A stretch of DNA of 64,000 bases from Camelus ferus (lineage: Eukaryota): NCBI RefSeq assembly GCF_009834535.1, contig NC_045696.1, positions 38,442,001 through 38,506,000 of the forward strand, written 5' to 3'. Each line of letters begins with the position of its first letter. The stretch's first letter is position 1. Below, one piece after another: positions 26,613 to 40,404 of this stretch. The translations under genes and the position numbers were made by a program. The notes beneath the pieces are model-generated. The model did no database searches. It saw only the letters and a program-made list of their open reading frames with translations, and was not told the origin of the DNA.

Positions 26613-27023
26613 TGTCCTTGGGAGATGCCTGGGTGTAATCTGAAATGGCCCCTGCACAAGGAGGGCAGGGAGAGACCAAGAAAAAAGACAGATGCCTTCA
26701 GATTCATAGGTGGAAGGTTTAATAGTTTGCAAGGCATGTCTTGGGTGCTTGCAAAAGAAGATTTCTGCACCCACTCCTCAGAATCATAAAATTTTATATA
26801 GAGGCATTAAGTGGGTTCAGTCAAGTACTCAGTCTAGACTAGCCTCAACACCACATTTCTATTTCAAGTATGTATCCTTGAACCAGCTTCTGGGGGTGCA
26901 GAGGAAGGAAGGCAAGGAGAAAACACATTGCAAGTACGCAGTTGGGGTGAGAAGTCTCCAGTTGCCCAGGTCCGGCTTTCAGGTCATCTGGCAGTCATGT
27001 CTTCTTGATGACCTCCTCCAATA
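26613..27023 (-). mobile_element. ERVL solo LTR (MER76-like; subfamily name uncertain)
   Basis: Reverse complement starts TATTGGAGGAGGTCATCAAGAAGACATGACTGCC and ends ...GGACA; contains a reversed TATA (ttttata) and a poly-A-signal-like tttaat. Confidence 0.6.
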
Positions 27024-27523
27024 GTATATGTGCCCTCAGATGGCCATTTTGGGCATAAATTCATGCATCATAAGTGGTTCAGATGACTAGTACCTCTTAT
27101 GGATCTCATTCTAGCAACTATACATTTTATGGTAATCCAAACTTGTCATTTCATTTTTGGTTTTCTTTATAAACTATAATGTCATATAGTTTAATCCAAA
27201 TTTTGGATGTAATATAATAATAAATACTCATCCTATTCCTAAATTTATCATGCTTCTATTCAAGTTTTTTACTCTACATATCCCTTATTTTCATGGCAGC
27301 CCTGACCTGACACTGATGTATAACATGTCAAGTCCAATGTCTCTTTTCACCGAACATCACTGAAATCCTCATAGTTATTTTTTTGTATTAATAAACTAAT
27401 AAGTATGCTTGTACTAGTTAAAATATTTACCATTCAATCTGAATTTTGCTGCTTAGAACACTAAATAGAGTAACATAACTTCATACGCTTTAAGCACTGA
27501 AATGTGTCTGTTAACAATATTTT

Positions 27524-27997
27524 GTCCAGCGTTCTTTTGGTCCTACCCATCTGAGGTCTCTTCTAACATGCTAGAGCCCATTTCCATGTCGAAGTTAAAA
27601 ATGCCAGGTTGTTGCTTTCCAAGGCTCCCATTCAGCCAAGGCCTGGCATGATGTAGCTTCTGAAAATGAGATTCACTGGGAGTAACTACTAGTATTCTTT
27701 CTGCTGTTAGATAGCGGCGACTATGGCAGCTGCATCTGATCTTCAGAGGGAGCATCAGCAGCAGTTCTTTTGGCAGATTCCAGAGACTCCAGTTGGTGGT
27801 ACTGGTGTTTCACACTGTGGCGTCTAATGTCAGGATCTAGCTGGAAGGTTGGAAGGGAGCCTGTGCCACAGTTTTAGATGTAGCCTTTGATTCTAGTTCT
27901 CCAACTCTCCCAAAGATTCTGTGAGTCACCCAGTATATTCTTTCAATAATTTACTGTTCTGCCCGTATCAACTGAATTTTGTCACACCATGACTAAG
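27524..27997 (+). mobile_element. LTR33-like LTR (ERVL)
   Basis: aagttaaaaatgccagg...gctttccaaggctccc...; ttctgtgagtcacccagtatattctttcaataa resembles the LTR33 3' part. Confidence 0.6.
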
Positions 27998-28369
27998 GTC
28001 ATTCTATAAAGAATAATAGAAATTGTGTAAAAAAAAAGCTATATTAAGTATTGTCATTATTGACATTATTTTGGATGATTTTATTTTTTGTGTTTTATGC
28101 AGACTGTTAGATTTCTATAAGTTTAAACTAATTTCCTTGGGTTTCTGTGTTTTTATTTTCTACTCTGTACTTTTTGGTGTTATTGTTTCCTTTAAAAATT
28201 ATGAAACAACTGCAGGCTTGGTTTAAATATTATTTAAAATTGAGAATTGGAGATACTAAGTATTTGATATAATCTGAGGATGTACTATACTTATGTGGCA
28301 TATGTGATTCTTGGCAGTCAAATGCTATTTTGGGAGACAGTCTTTTCTTCATGTTTAAGTAATTAACTC

Positions 28370-29095
28370 TACCTTTACTTTCCCTCTCATAACCAGTTAG
28401 TTGTCAGATCCTGTTGGCTCTGCTTTCGTGGTGCCATTTCACATATCTTCATTCCTGCTACCACTATCCTATTCGAGTGCTCTGTTAACTCTTTCTGGAA
28501 CTTTTGTTTAATGAATCTTCCTTTCTATAATCACTTCTGCCTCCAATCCACTCTGAGGCCAATTTAATCTTGCAAGAGAAGAACTCTTAGTAATAATCTT
28601 TAATTCTAACCTGTGGCAGTTAAGTTGAACATGAAATCCACAGCCTAACATGTATGGCCCTCCACACTGTGGGGTCACCCCACATTCTCAGACATATTTG
28701 TTACAGCTCTTCTATATATACAGAGTTAGTGCAAAACTAGCCATTTTATTGTTAAAATGTGTCATTATTTTGCATTTGCATCTCTTTGCTTATGCTGTTA
28801 TCACTGGCTGTCCCTTCCTTATTCCTGAACTATAATCTCTTTCTTGGAGATACCAACCACATACCAAGATCACCTCAAATGTCTCCTACTCCCCAAAACG
28901 TATAGCCTTCTTATTCTCAGAAATCTCACAGGAGGTTGCCTAAATTCTACTTTAGGGATTTATAGTGTATTATATTTTCAACATCAAATTATATATGGTT
29001 TTAGTAAATTAGCCCCAATTATGTATCTTCTGCAGGGTATATGTACTATTTTAAAGTTACAAGGTATTTAATAAGCATTTCTTAAATTGTATTCA
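28370..29095 (+). mobile_element. L2 LINE fragment
   Basis: cattcctgctaccactatcct, tttgcttatgctgtt and cacctcaaatgtctcct are L2-like pyrimidine-rich motifs. Confidence 0.5.
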
Positions 29096-30765
29096 TTCAT
29101 ATAGGTGTTTGGTGAGTTGCAGGCTCCATAATGATCATGGGCATTGGAAATCAGAGCAAGTAAATTTACAGTGTCTGGCTCTAAGGAGGAATGAAAAATG
29201 TCTGAGGCTGGTAATGAGAAGAGTCAGAGTGTGTGGACTGAAGTGAAAAAGACTAGGAGTGATTGTTATTGCCTTGGATGATTATGACTCTGCCAGTTAA
29301 GTTTTCTGCAGAAGGAAATGAAGCTTTCACTAGCATCAATGAGCACCATTGTGTGAAACAAATTAGCTAGAAAGTAGTAGGTAAAAGAGCTTCATATCAG
29401 AAGTTGAAATGGTATTATCTTTTGGTGATTAATGATTTCTTTGAAAGTGTATTTTTAACTATTCCATACAAATTGCAGGGTGTCTTTGTCTATACAAAGC
29501 AAGTTTGCAAGGCATTCTGATAAATACAGACACTTTTGGTTTTGATTTAAAAGACAAGTATGTAACTAGATTTCTATACACCTATAAAAATATGAGGAGT
29601 TACTTCTATTTAGATTAGGCTTGCCTTCTAAGGGACCTCTCTGTTTCTTTAATATTGAATTTGGGTGATTGTTTTATTATAGAAAGCAATTACTCTCCCA
29701 AAGGATGTTTTAAATTTAATGAAACAAGCATTTAGTAACACCATCTGTTGTTATTATGTGCAAGTATGTAAATGCTGCTGTGAAGGACACGAAATGTGGC
29801 TCTTGGTCCTGAATAATTACATACTCTTAACAATAAGTTTTACTTTTAAAAAACCTCTAAAATTAAAAAATAGTATGATAGTAATTAGAAAAACATCTAA
29901 GCTTTCACCCTTTATAGTTAGAGTAGAAAAGCTGAAAGCATTTACTTTTTTTTTTTAATCAAAGGTACAAACTTGTGGATATTGGTTTCTGTAGGTGGAA
30001 AAACCCTACCTGTGTTCTCATATATCCTGAGTAGATTGTTTATCACATTGGGTTTCGAAAGTCAAATCTAGGGTCTAAAACTTCTGAAGTAATAGAGGAA
30101 TTTTGGCCTGTGTGTGTGTATATATATATACTTTTTTTTTTTTTTTGGACAAAGTAATTCAAATGACCACAGTTCACCGAAACATGGATATAGAATCTTC
30201 TCACAAGATAAGACAGGGAATTTTTGGAGAATAGTAAGGTAATCTGTCAGAGGCACCATTCTTGTGAATGAATAATGAAGCCTCCATGTTTTCTCTTTAA
30301 CTCCCAATTTTTATGTTTGGATTCGCCCTATGCATTCATGTTAGTTTAATTTCTTTAAAAACTTTACAGTGTGTTGAGGTATGGATTTTGAGATTTTTTA
30401 TGATTTTATTCAAAAGTAATTTTTATCCAAATTAATTAGAGAATTGATTTAGACATGTCATTAATTTTGAAATTCAGAACCCTAAATGTTAATAATGAAG
30501 CTTGCCAGCTGATAATTTTCTGTGCTTTAAGTTACAAGGTATCATAAATGATTACTTGTGTTCTTTTCATGTTATCAGACTTCAAAGAATAGCATTCATT
30601 AAGATGCTTTTCATGAAGAACAGCCTAATTTATACAAGTCATATTAGTATATATTCTGTTTAAAATCAACAGTATTATTCATTAGTAATTAATTCTAATG
30701 GGTAGTAAGTTTTGAAATCTATCTCATATTGAGGCCATAAGCTCCTTAAAAAAGAGAGAGCTCAC

Positions 30766-30899
30766 GGGAGAGGGTATAGCTCAAGTGGTAGAGGGCATGC
30801 TTAGCATGCATGAGGTCCTGGGTTTAATCCCCGGTACCTCCTCTAAGAATAAATAAATAAACCTAATTACCTCCCCCTAACCAAAAAAAAAAAAAATTT
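30766..30899 (+). mobile_element. vic-1-type camelid SINE (tRNA-Ala derived)
   Basis: A-box TAGCTCAAGTGG, tRNA-Ala(AGC)-like arm ATGCTTAGCATGCAT, degenerate B-box GGTTTAATCC, tail aataaataaataaacctaattacctccccc plus poly-A. TSD aaaaaagagagag(atag)ctcac at 30748-30765 and 30900-30921, at a TT/AAAA site. Confidence 0.92.
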
Positions 30900-32939
30900 A
30901 AAAAAGAGAGAGATAGCTCACAACTTTTATTATTAATTCCATAGCATCAATTTTAATGCTATGAAGCTTTATTTGCTTACTTCATGACTACACAAATTAA
31001 GGTTTTAGACTTTTCTCTCTCCTTGATTCCAGAAATAGCAATATTTAAATAGTAGTTGGAGGTTATAATGGATTTGCATTTTGGATGGATTTAGTCATGA
31101 AAATTCACTTTAGATTTGGTTTTTAAAGTAAATAAAGTCTATTAATTCATCATTTTTCACATGATGGCATATACCATTAAAATAATTAATTCTATTTGTA
31201 GTGTTGCTGGCAGAATTGGAAATATCAGTTGGTACAGTCATTATAAAATAATCATCATATTATTTTCACCGTGACTCAAAATACTGTATTTGTAAATCCT
31301 GACACCTACCTTCTCATTTTCATCAAAGATTTTAACTCTGCTGTTCTTTATTCTAGAGCACTCTTTTTTTTTTTTTCTAGGATACATGGGGTAGCATTTT
31401 ACACTGGTGTCAGCTTATTATATATACTCTCTAAAAATGTCCAGCAAGTCAGGTTTTCCTCTAGCACTGAAACAGATTGTTATTTCTTCATCTGAGCTCC
31501 GGATGAAGTTGTTTGTGGAGTGGCCAACACAGAATGAAATAGGCATATCTACAAGCACTCAAATTCCCTTCAGTGTTGAATTACGTTTGTTGTCGCTAGG
31601 CGTATGAGAAACACATGGTGGCTTAGCTAATAAAATATACGGATGCAGTAGCAGATTCTCTTCTATTTCATGTTCAATCTAGAATACACATTCATTCAGT
31701 GCAACAGTTAGTAGAATTACCTTCAGTGTTTACATAATCTGCTTTCTCTTCCCTCACTCTTTCTCTCCGGACCCCTCCCCCTCCCCCACCTAGTTTAAAT
31801 ATCATTACTATTTTGTATGTACAATGGGGTTCCGTTGTATACTTCTTTCGATGTTTTTTATAGCCTCTTTGACAGACTCATTCTCTGACACATCTTCCCA
31901 TTTCATTTGCAGGTGTATAGAGTCATTGTCCAATTAGTATAAGTGCACAGATACATATTTAGACACTAATGGTTCATAAAAGGAACCATTTATGTATTAA
32001 TTTTCTTCCTACTTTCTCTCATTCAACCTCACCTGAGGCCTTTGAGTAAATGAGTTGACTTTCCCCTAATAAAAATCTAAAAATAACATTTGTAGAGATT
32101 TGAATCCTATATGTATTTATCTAAAGTAGATTTCAAGACATGAACACGGAGGCTGGACAAGAGCCAAAGTAGAGAAAAATGCAGGTGTTTGTTGTAAGCA
32201 CTTGCTAAATACCCTCAGTGAAGTCAAGAAGTGAGAGAGTCCTATATGGGATGGAGCTTGGGAGGGAAACAGTTTCGTAGCTGACGGCAGTGAGCAAGTG
32301 AAAATAGTTACCATTAATGCAATTTCTTTTGGACTCACAATTGAATCAAGAAATCCGAGTTATATAGACTGACAGGCCACTCTTAAGAAGCTTCTTTAAC
32401 ACCACAGATATAATCTGTATAAATGAGTCCTTAATGAAGTTATCATCACAGATAAAGTTGCCAACATAAAAGCTTGTGCTGAAAAGAGAGTAGGAGAAAT
32501 GGGACCAGGTCTGAGAGCAGGTGAGAGAAATAAATTCCGAGGAATGACACCTAGGCACTCCCTAGGCACTCTACATATTACTGACTGGAGAGCCTGAGAG
32601 CCCCCTTTTTTTCCCTTCTTGAGAATAGTATAAAAAGGAGTAATAAACTCGGTGTTAGCTATAGAAACTAATCAGAAAATAATTCTATCTCAGCTAGAGA
32701 AAAAGATATTAGAACACAAGAGGTTAGCACCAGCTACAGGTTTCTAAGAGATAGAAGGCATTGATTTCACATGGTATTTAACAAAAAATGTTAAATCAGT
32801 GTCTGTTGAATAAATAAATGCATGAATGTCAAAAAATTAAGTACAGACATTCATTCCAAAGGCATAGAGATAAATTATCTACCATCTAATGAATGGAAGA
32901 TGAGAGAAGTAGATAAAGCTTGATTATTTTTTAATCATG

Positions 32940-33800
32940 GAAGAAATAAGTAGGAAGATTAAATGTATAGGAGAGTGATATCAGTGGGTAGAATATGGAG
33001 AAGAAAAAGGTGGTCAGGAATCTAGTCAGCCATTTTTGTAAGAAGTAATAGATAATGAAGGTACAAACAACAGGTGTGGAAAAGAAGACAGACACACAAA
33101 AAAAGATATTGCAAAGTTAGAGCCGTGGGTCTTTGAACTGGTTTGATATGATGTGTGGGTAAATTTAGAGTTAGAGCTAACTCCAAGATCCAGGCATTAG
33201 TGACAGTGAGAATGGTAGCTCTGTTATTGCCAGAATTTCAGCAAACTAGGGGAGGAACAGATTTCACAAGACCAGGTATGCAGTTAGTGAGGGGAGGGAA
33301 AATGATCAGTTCAGTTTGGGACATAATGAGTTTAAATATGGAACAAGTAAGAAGGCTAGAAGATAATTTGTAACAAGGCTACATAATCTGAGAGGCTGAA
33401 ACCATGGAAATCACCAAGAAGTAACTCTGAAGGAGAAAGAGTATAGGGATGGGAAGAAACATTGGGGAAGTATAGATTAAAATTAAGGAGTGGTTACAGA
33501 AGAAGAAGTCTGTACTATTATACAAGTCAAAGCAGAAAATTGAAAAGGAAGCACATTCAACATTGCCCAGTGCAATATTGAGGTGCAGTGTTGAGAAAGG
33601 CTATTTGTAACTTGCTTACTGGCAACCTTTAAAAATATGGCTTTTGTGAAATCGTGGGAGTTGAGACAGGTTGTAATGGGCTAATAAGGTGGTGGGTTCT
33701 GGCATGAACGTGGCATGTATAAACTACTATTTTTAAAGTTTGCTGTGAGACAGTGGTTAGTGAGCTAACTGGGATATTAGGTTCAAGAAATGTGAAATAT
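32940..33800 (-). mobile_element. L2 LINE fragment
   Basis: Purine-rich reverse L2 with gatcagttcagtttgggacataatgagtttaa; separate + strand L2 tails at about 32760-32830 and 33830-33910. Confidence 0.55.
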
Positions 33801-34819
33801 ACAGGAGTAGGAACTACATATTAACTTTTTTATATATCCTATGGAGCTTTGCACAGTTCTCGGCACAGGAAAGTCTCTTAATAATTGTTGAATTAATGAA
33901 TAAATGAGCAAGAGGACCAGCTGGAAAGCTATATACTTTCCTGTCCAATTGCAACTATTTTAGGAACAGATAGCTTAATAAGATGTAATTGTACTGTAAT
34001 TTTACTCATTCTAAAATCCCTGACTAATACTTATATGTGGAAGAAGCATGAATTGCTGAGACACAATGTTAAGCAAATAAAAATCAGTCATATCATTGCA
34101 CACAATGCCAAATAGTTTATTGGACTGAATTAGATTCATTTTTAAGTATTGCTTCAGACCCATGAATATGAATCACTGTAATTCTGTGTACATCTGCTTT
34201 GATTATAGCATCCCAGAAGTGTAATGTACTAAAACAAAGGAGTTGCTCTTAAACTTAGAAATGCACTTACTGTTGCACTATCAATAGCTCACCTGACTTT
34301 CTTTGAAAAATAGCATCATCAATCCACTGCCCTATTGTTCAAATGACTGGTTACATAGCACAACCAAACTGTTGCAGTTTCAGGGAGTCAAGAACATTTA
34401 CATTTTTATTGAACAAATAGCATGCTGTTCATGGCTTTGACCTTGGATTAACCGATGATCTAAAAAGTGATTCATGGTCAGCAACAACAAAATTATCACA
34501 TAAGCTTATGGAGTTCCATAAGATATGATTTTTCAGTCTAACTTACTAGATTTTGTCTCTTTTTATTACTTCTCATGCCATCTACTGTATAAATATATTT
34601 GAGCATGTTTTGAAATGTCTTAGAGGTTTTGAGTAGACCTAGACTTAAATTTTAGGAAGTTGAATAACTTGCTGGTGGTAATAAACATAAATGTAAAATG
34701 CCATAAACTACTTTTGAAATGTATTAAAACTTAGATGTCAAAAGTGACATACGAGCAAATTCTGGAAATGTGATTTATATTAAATGTTTTAAAATATTAT
34801 TTTCAAGGTATTTAAACAA

Positions 34820-35229
34820 ACATGTTAGTTTGGTCACGCTGCCATGACAAAGTGCCACAGACTGGGCAGTTTAAACAGAAGCTTATTTACTCACAGTTCT
34901 GGAGACTAGAAGTCCAAGGTCAAGGTGTCTGCAGGTTTGGTTTCTTCTAAGACCTCTCTCCTTGACTTGCAGGTGGCTGTCTCTTCCCTCTGTCTTCACA
35001 TGGCCTTTTCTCTGTGTGCATCCCTCCTGTCTCCCTGTATCTCTCAATCTCCTCTTCTTATAATGACATCAAGCAGATTGGATTAGGGTCCACCCTCAGG
35101 GCCTCATTTTAACTTAATCATTTCTTTAAAAGCCCTGTTTCCAAATATAGTTACAGTCTGAAATACTGGGCATTATGGCTTCAACACATGGATTTGGGAG
35201 GTGGGGGGTGGACAATTCAGTCCATAACA
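34820..35229 (-). mobile_element. MLT1B-like MaLR solo LTR
   Basis: ctcacagttctggagactagaagtccaaggtcaaggtgtctgcagg...gattggattagggtccaccct...acaattcagtccataaca. Confidence 0.9.
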
Positions 35230-37449
35230 GTGAGCTAAAAACTGGTAGATTTTTCTGTTCATATCTAAAAAATTTCCCAAGGTTCAGACAAATGTGAAAA
35301 AATATGAAATACATATCCAGTAAATCTCATTGTGGACGATAAACAAAGAGGTCACTGCTTTGTAGTAATTGAAAGATTAAACTTGTAATCAGATAATTTG
35401 GATTCTAGTTCCAAAATATACCAGGATATGAGAGTGGAAAGATGTTTAGAAAATCAAATTGAATTAGCATTGTATCAGGAAATAGACCATTGGCCAACTT
35501 CTCAATTCTACAAGTATTCCCAGAAAAGTTTCCTCTTATATTTATCATAATGAAATGATCTGTCTGCTACTTATGCAGATATAGTCTATAATTCAAACAG
35601 AGGTGAAAATAAAAGTTTATTACTCTAAATTTGTAGATTTGTTACTAACCATCCTGCCAAAATCACATATAATGCGTTTAAATGAAAACATGTAGTATGT
35701 GTATCTTTTCTAAGTGTTTCACTTTCCTTTATTTTGTAGGCATTCCTAGTATGTAGAATAAATCATGCAAGTACCATGTGCAATAATTGCTGTCTTTAAA
35801 TTCTATCTCACAAATTTGAAGTGACCTAAAATAGTTTATTTGTAACCATTAGAATATATGGTAAATGTATTTTCAGGTGTCAGCCGTAGACACATAGTAG
35901 TTGATAACTCTTCCTGAAAAGGCAAATGGGAAAAATAGATTTATGGCATGGACACCAAATCTGTTGAGTGTCTTTCTTGAGTGTCACCTCTTTTTGGATG
36001 GCTCCAGTGCACAGTGGCTACCTCACAGCTCGGCTGTGCTTTTGACCCTGACCTCTGAACATAGTGAATCATTAAGAAGCAGGCACAGCTGGACCAGTTG
36101 GAACCCATCTTCTCTAAATTGAAATGTGGAATGGAGAAATGTGACAGCCGAGCATTGTGGAAGATAACTCATACTGGCCGTTCCTCAGAGAAAGCCCCTC
36201 ACACCTCTGCTATAAAGGTTCCCAGGAGGGCTCTGGCCCCTGCCCTTCTGGAGGCTGGATAAATTTTTCAAAAAATTGCACACTACATTTACTTCTTTCA
36301 TTTTGCTAGTGTGGCTTAGATTGCCTATAACTAAAATAGCCTAAATATATCTTTCTAATGTATTCTCATAAAACAACAATTTAGAATTTTCCTGAGACAA
36401 ATAATTGTTTCCCACTGAAATTTCCTCAGAATACTTTCTTCCCCAAATGTATTATTATAATTCCGCATTATAACTTGCTTATCTAAAGGGGAACATTATT
36501 GGAAATAAATTTAAGAAATACACAGAATGTCAATCATGCATTGACTATTTTTATAAATTAGTTGCTATCAATTGGCTATTTAGAAGCTATACATATTTTT
36601 TATTGTTAGCTTATCACGATTTCCCTACTGAGACATAAGCAGCATTTTGCCATTATGGAGAATTAATGAAGTCGAGCTAACTGCATCTTGTCAGAAACAT
36701 CAAGAAACATCAGTCTAGTTTCAACCAGCCCTGATGATTTTGTGCAGAATAGCTCCAGGAAGTCTTTGCCAGAAGAAAGTACCTTTAGCAAAGTTGACAT
36801 TTTATTCATTGGTATTTTTAAAAAATATGGCTTCCCACATGGCTTCATAAAAGAAAAGACTGTAGATATAACTCAGTCTCTTTTAAATAAGTAAGCATGA
36901 ATGATGTGAATGATATACGTAGACTACAGCCTTTGATTTGCTGAAAAGTGGGTGGCTGCCTGGGACCTATAGCTAGAGGAAATAAAGATGAAATTTATGA
37001 TTAAAATGCTTAAACATGGCAGATTTTCCCCTTTATTTCTTATAAAGTATACATTTATTTTAAATCTATTTTTTTTCACTTGAGGTTTACATTGTTTTCA
37101 ACGTTATTTGAAAGTGCTTATGGTTTTGGCTCACCAGAAAGTGATAGTGTTCATCTCATTTATTTGGTTAGCTTAATTTTGTTTAACAACACTTTGCAGT
37201 CAAAATTTATTAAGGGTTTTCACATACATATACCTCTTTAACTTCCACATGTGACCTGAGTAATATGCTATCCCCATTTTCTGATGAGAAGGTGTAACCC
37301 AGCAGAGTCAATGTTTCCAAAAATCACTGCTCTCTCTGACTCAGGTTTAAGTAAAAATTATATCCTTGCATAACTTGGAAAAATAAATCAATTAAATACA
37401 AATTAAAACTGATATACAACTTTAAATGATGAATTACTAAGTAATATGA

Positions 37450-37990
37450 AAATATTAATACTTAAGGATAGTCAGTGGCAGGAAAATCATTCCTTTTGTA
37501 TAAAACTATTAGAATCAGTAACACCTTTCTGCCAGCAACTTAGCAACATTTTGAAAATCAATGTAATTGCTTACTATTACTCAGCAATCCCATTAGGAAT
37601 TTTTCCTGAGAAAATAACTCTGAATGAAAATTAGCTATTTTCCAACAAAACTATTCATTTTTAATAAAACTGTAAGAGAATACAAGTCACTAAAAGTGTA
37701 ATAAAGATTGGCTGATTAAATCACTGTACAGCATATATTTAAGATGCTATGCAACCATTAAAATGATTAACTACTTAAGAACCTAGAAAGATGCTCGTAT
37801 TTTATTAAATTAAAATAATAATTTTAACACACGCATATGTTCACAGATAAAATTGTATCCATAGAAAAAATATTTCAAGTATATATATATCAATATTAGC
37901 AGAAGATTTTTCATTAGGCTGATTGAGGACAATTTTTGGCTTATCTGTAGTCTACATTTTCTGCAGTGAACTTGAATCTCTTTTGTTATT
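37450..37990 (+). mobile_element. Old L1ME-like 3' fragment
   Basis: ctcagcaatcccattaggaatttttcctgag...gctatgcaaccattaaaatga...atctgtagtctacattttctgcagtgaac. Confidence 0.5.
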
Positions 37991-38518
37991 ACAACCATAA
38001 AATTTAGTTTATTTCACTTCTGTATAAATATATATAGGTTTATATAAATATACATGTATAAACATATTTTTATTTACCATTTCATTTGAATGCTGTGAAG
38101 AATGATGAGTTAATGACTACAGAGCATTTCTGAATACCTAGAACAAGAGTAAAAGTCAACGTCAGTAATTAGTACAACTTCATTTACAATTAGAACGTTG
38201 TAATAGATTAGATAGAAGTGAGATTACACTAAATTATGCTATTGTCCAGCTGTATTTTATGTCCTGACTATATTTTTTATGAGTTAAAGCAGAGTAATGT
38301 CATAGCCCTCATTCAAAGTCTTTTAGATACTCATTTTGAGTCTAAAAAACAAAGCAATATCTCTTAAAAGTTATTAACATTCTTTACAAATTCATGTAAA
38401 AATAGGCAGGTTATTCTAGATAAGATTTTATTTTGTCAATATCTTTTATCTAACTAACTTTAAAGTAATGGTGTTACTTTATAGTATTAAAGATGTTAGT
38501 CATTATTGGCAGTGTTGA

Positions 38519-38568
38519 GTGTGTGTGTGCGTGTGTGTGTGCATGTGTACATGCATGTACCTGTGTGT
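38519..38568. repeat. Imperfect (TG)n microsatellite
   Basis: Seen directly in the sequence. Confidence 0.85.
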
Positions 38569-40019
38569 TTTCCTGGCCATAACTTCAGGTAAGATCCTGT
38601 CAAGTCAGCATTGCAAGTTTCTTCAGACTTCAGACCTTCCTTTTCCATTAAATTAATCAATCGATGGCTAAAGGGATCAGTGGGATTCTGCTACAGCTGA
38701 CATGCCTTTGGCAGCAGTGCAGTAGAAGGATTTGCTCACTTCTATGTTCCAGTTTAAATTGAATCAGCTGTTTTTTCTCAAAATAATATAATAGCCTTAT
38801 CTGAAGATTTTTTTAAGTGTCATCAAAGAAATTATATGTAGCTATATAGTTTTATAGATGGAATTATGAAAATATTTACCTGAACTAATTTTCCGCCTCA
38901 TTATTTTGGAATATAGATATGCCTTTGCCATGATATTTTTATTTTATAAACCACCTCTAGTACCTTTTTTTTTTTCATTTTGAGATTAAGAGTAAAATTC
39001 TTAGAGGGAAAAAAGAAAAGGTTCTTAATGTTTATTTTAAAGCAAGAGATGGCAATTAATACCATGTAATATGTTTTCAAAACTGTGGGATCCTCCCTTG
39101 CTTCCTAGGTTCTGTATCCTGGAAATAACTCCCCAGTCCACTGTTTCCATGGCTCATGGTCTCATTGTCTGGGTCCTTCCTTTCCCAAGATGTTCCTTAG
39201 CCATTTCTGAAAGCAGGTGTTTAAAAATACCTTCCTCAGCAGCTAAGCAAACCTCTCACCCTGCTTCCTATCTATGGAATTTGGGGCCCAATGGTTGTTT
39301 TTAAGTTTTTAACTCTTCCAATCCAGGCTAGTAGCTTTCATGGCAGGATAGCTCACAACTTTCAAAAACTTGGTTTTCTTTATTGTGTAACTCTTATGTG
39401 TTCTGTGTGCTAACTCATAGATCTTGTGGCGATAATGGCTCTCTCTAGACTTGATTACCAGTACCTAGACCTTTATCAGGCTTCTTGAGAGAGCCATGCC
39501 ATGTGAGAGTATGCAAATTCAACTTACAGGATTTACTGGGTGCTAAATTAATCAATTCAAAAGTTTTAATAAAGTATGTGGTAGCCTAACCCTTGAGTTA
39601 CTTTATCAGCGTTCGCCACTCAAAACATTTCTCAGTGAGTGGAAATGAGAAACAATTGATTGCTATAACCTTGTAAGACATGAATTTTGAGGATCTCTGT
39701 TCACTTTCATTGTTGTTTGCCAAACAGCCAGTTTTTTTGTGAGCTCATCTCTTTGTCAAATGCAGCCAGTAGCATTTAAGATTTACTGATAACATTTAAT
39801 TTCCTAATCTTTTAATCTAAAACTACAAGCTGTCTTGGCGTGTTAGCAATTTACCACATGTTACCAAGTATTTCACTACTGTGTAATACCAGTTGCCATA
39901 TTTCTAGCTCAACAACTATTCTCTAACCAGGCCTAGGAGATAATACCATATATTTTAGTGTTTTGTTGTTTTATAGCAATGACATATTTTCATAGCCATT
40001 GTATGTAACGAATGAGTCG

Positions 40020-40392
40020 TCTGCCTTAACTGGGTTATATTATGATGACAAAGGACCCAAAATTTCACTGGTAAGTTAAAACAACAAAGTTTTACCACTT
40101 GTTTACACTAGCTGTAGGGCTTTGCTTTGTGGCTTGTCTTCTTTCTGTAATACAGGATGAAGTATCAGCCCTTTTCTAAAATTTGTTGTTATGAGGCAGA
40201 GGGAAAAGCAAAATGGTAGAGTCACGACAGCTCTTGAAGCTTCTACTTAGAAATGGCATGTATGTTTTCTGTTCCATTCTATTGGCGAGACACAGGGTCA
40301 AGCCTAATGTCAATTGTTGGATAGGGTGGGGTGGTACAATCCTTTTACAGTTAGAGCAGTAAATGATTAGAAATAATTATACAGTCATCTAC
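40020..40392 (-). mobile_element. MLT1I/J-like MaLR LTR
   Basis: cccaaaatttcactgg...aaaacaacaaag...ggcagagggaaaag...gctcttgaagcttctacttagaaatggca...ttctattggc. Confidence 0.65.
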
Positions 40393-40404
40393 TCTCTCCC
40401 CAGA

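Noticed and set aside
30766..30842. tRNA-Ala(AGC) gene
   Set aside because: It has a SINE tail, poly-A, a TSD and a mutated B box, so it is a tRNA-derived SINE.
34499..34522. Overlapping palindromes CATAAGCTTATGGAGTTCCATAAG
   Set aside because: Too short to distinguish from chance or local slippage.
36688..36894. 68-aa ORF ending near a donor-like AA|GTAAGC
   Set aside because: No ATG start, no convincing acceptor and no recognisable protein similarity.
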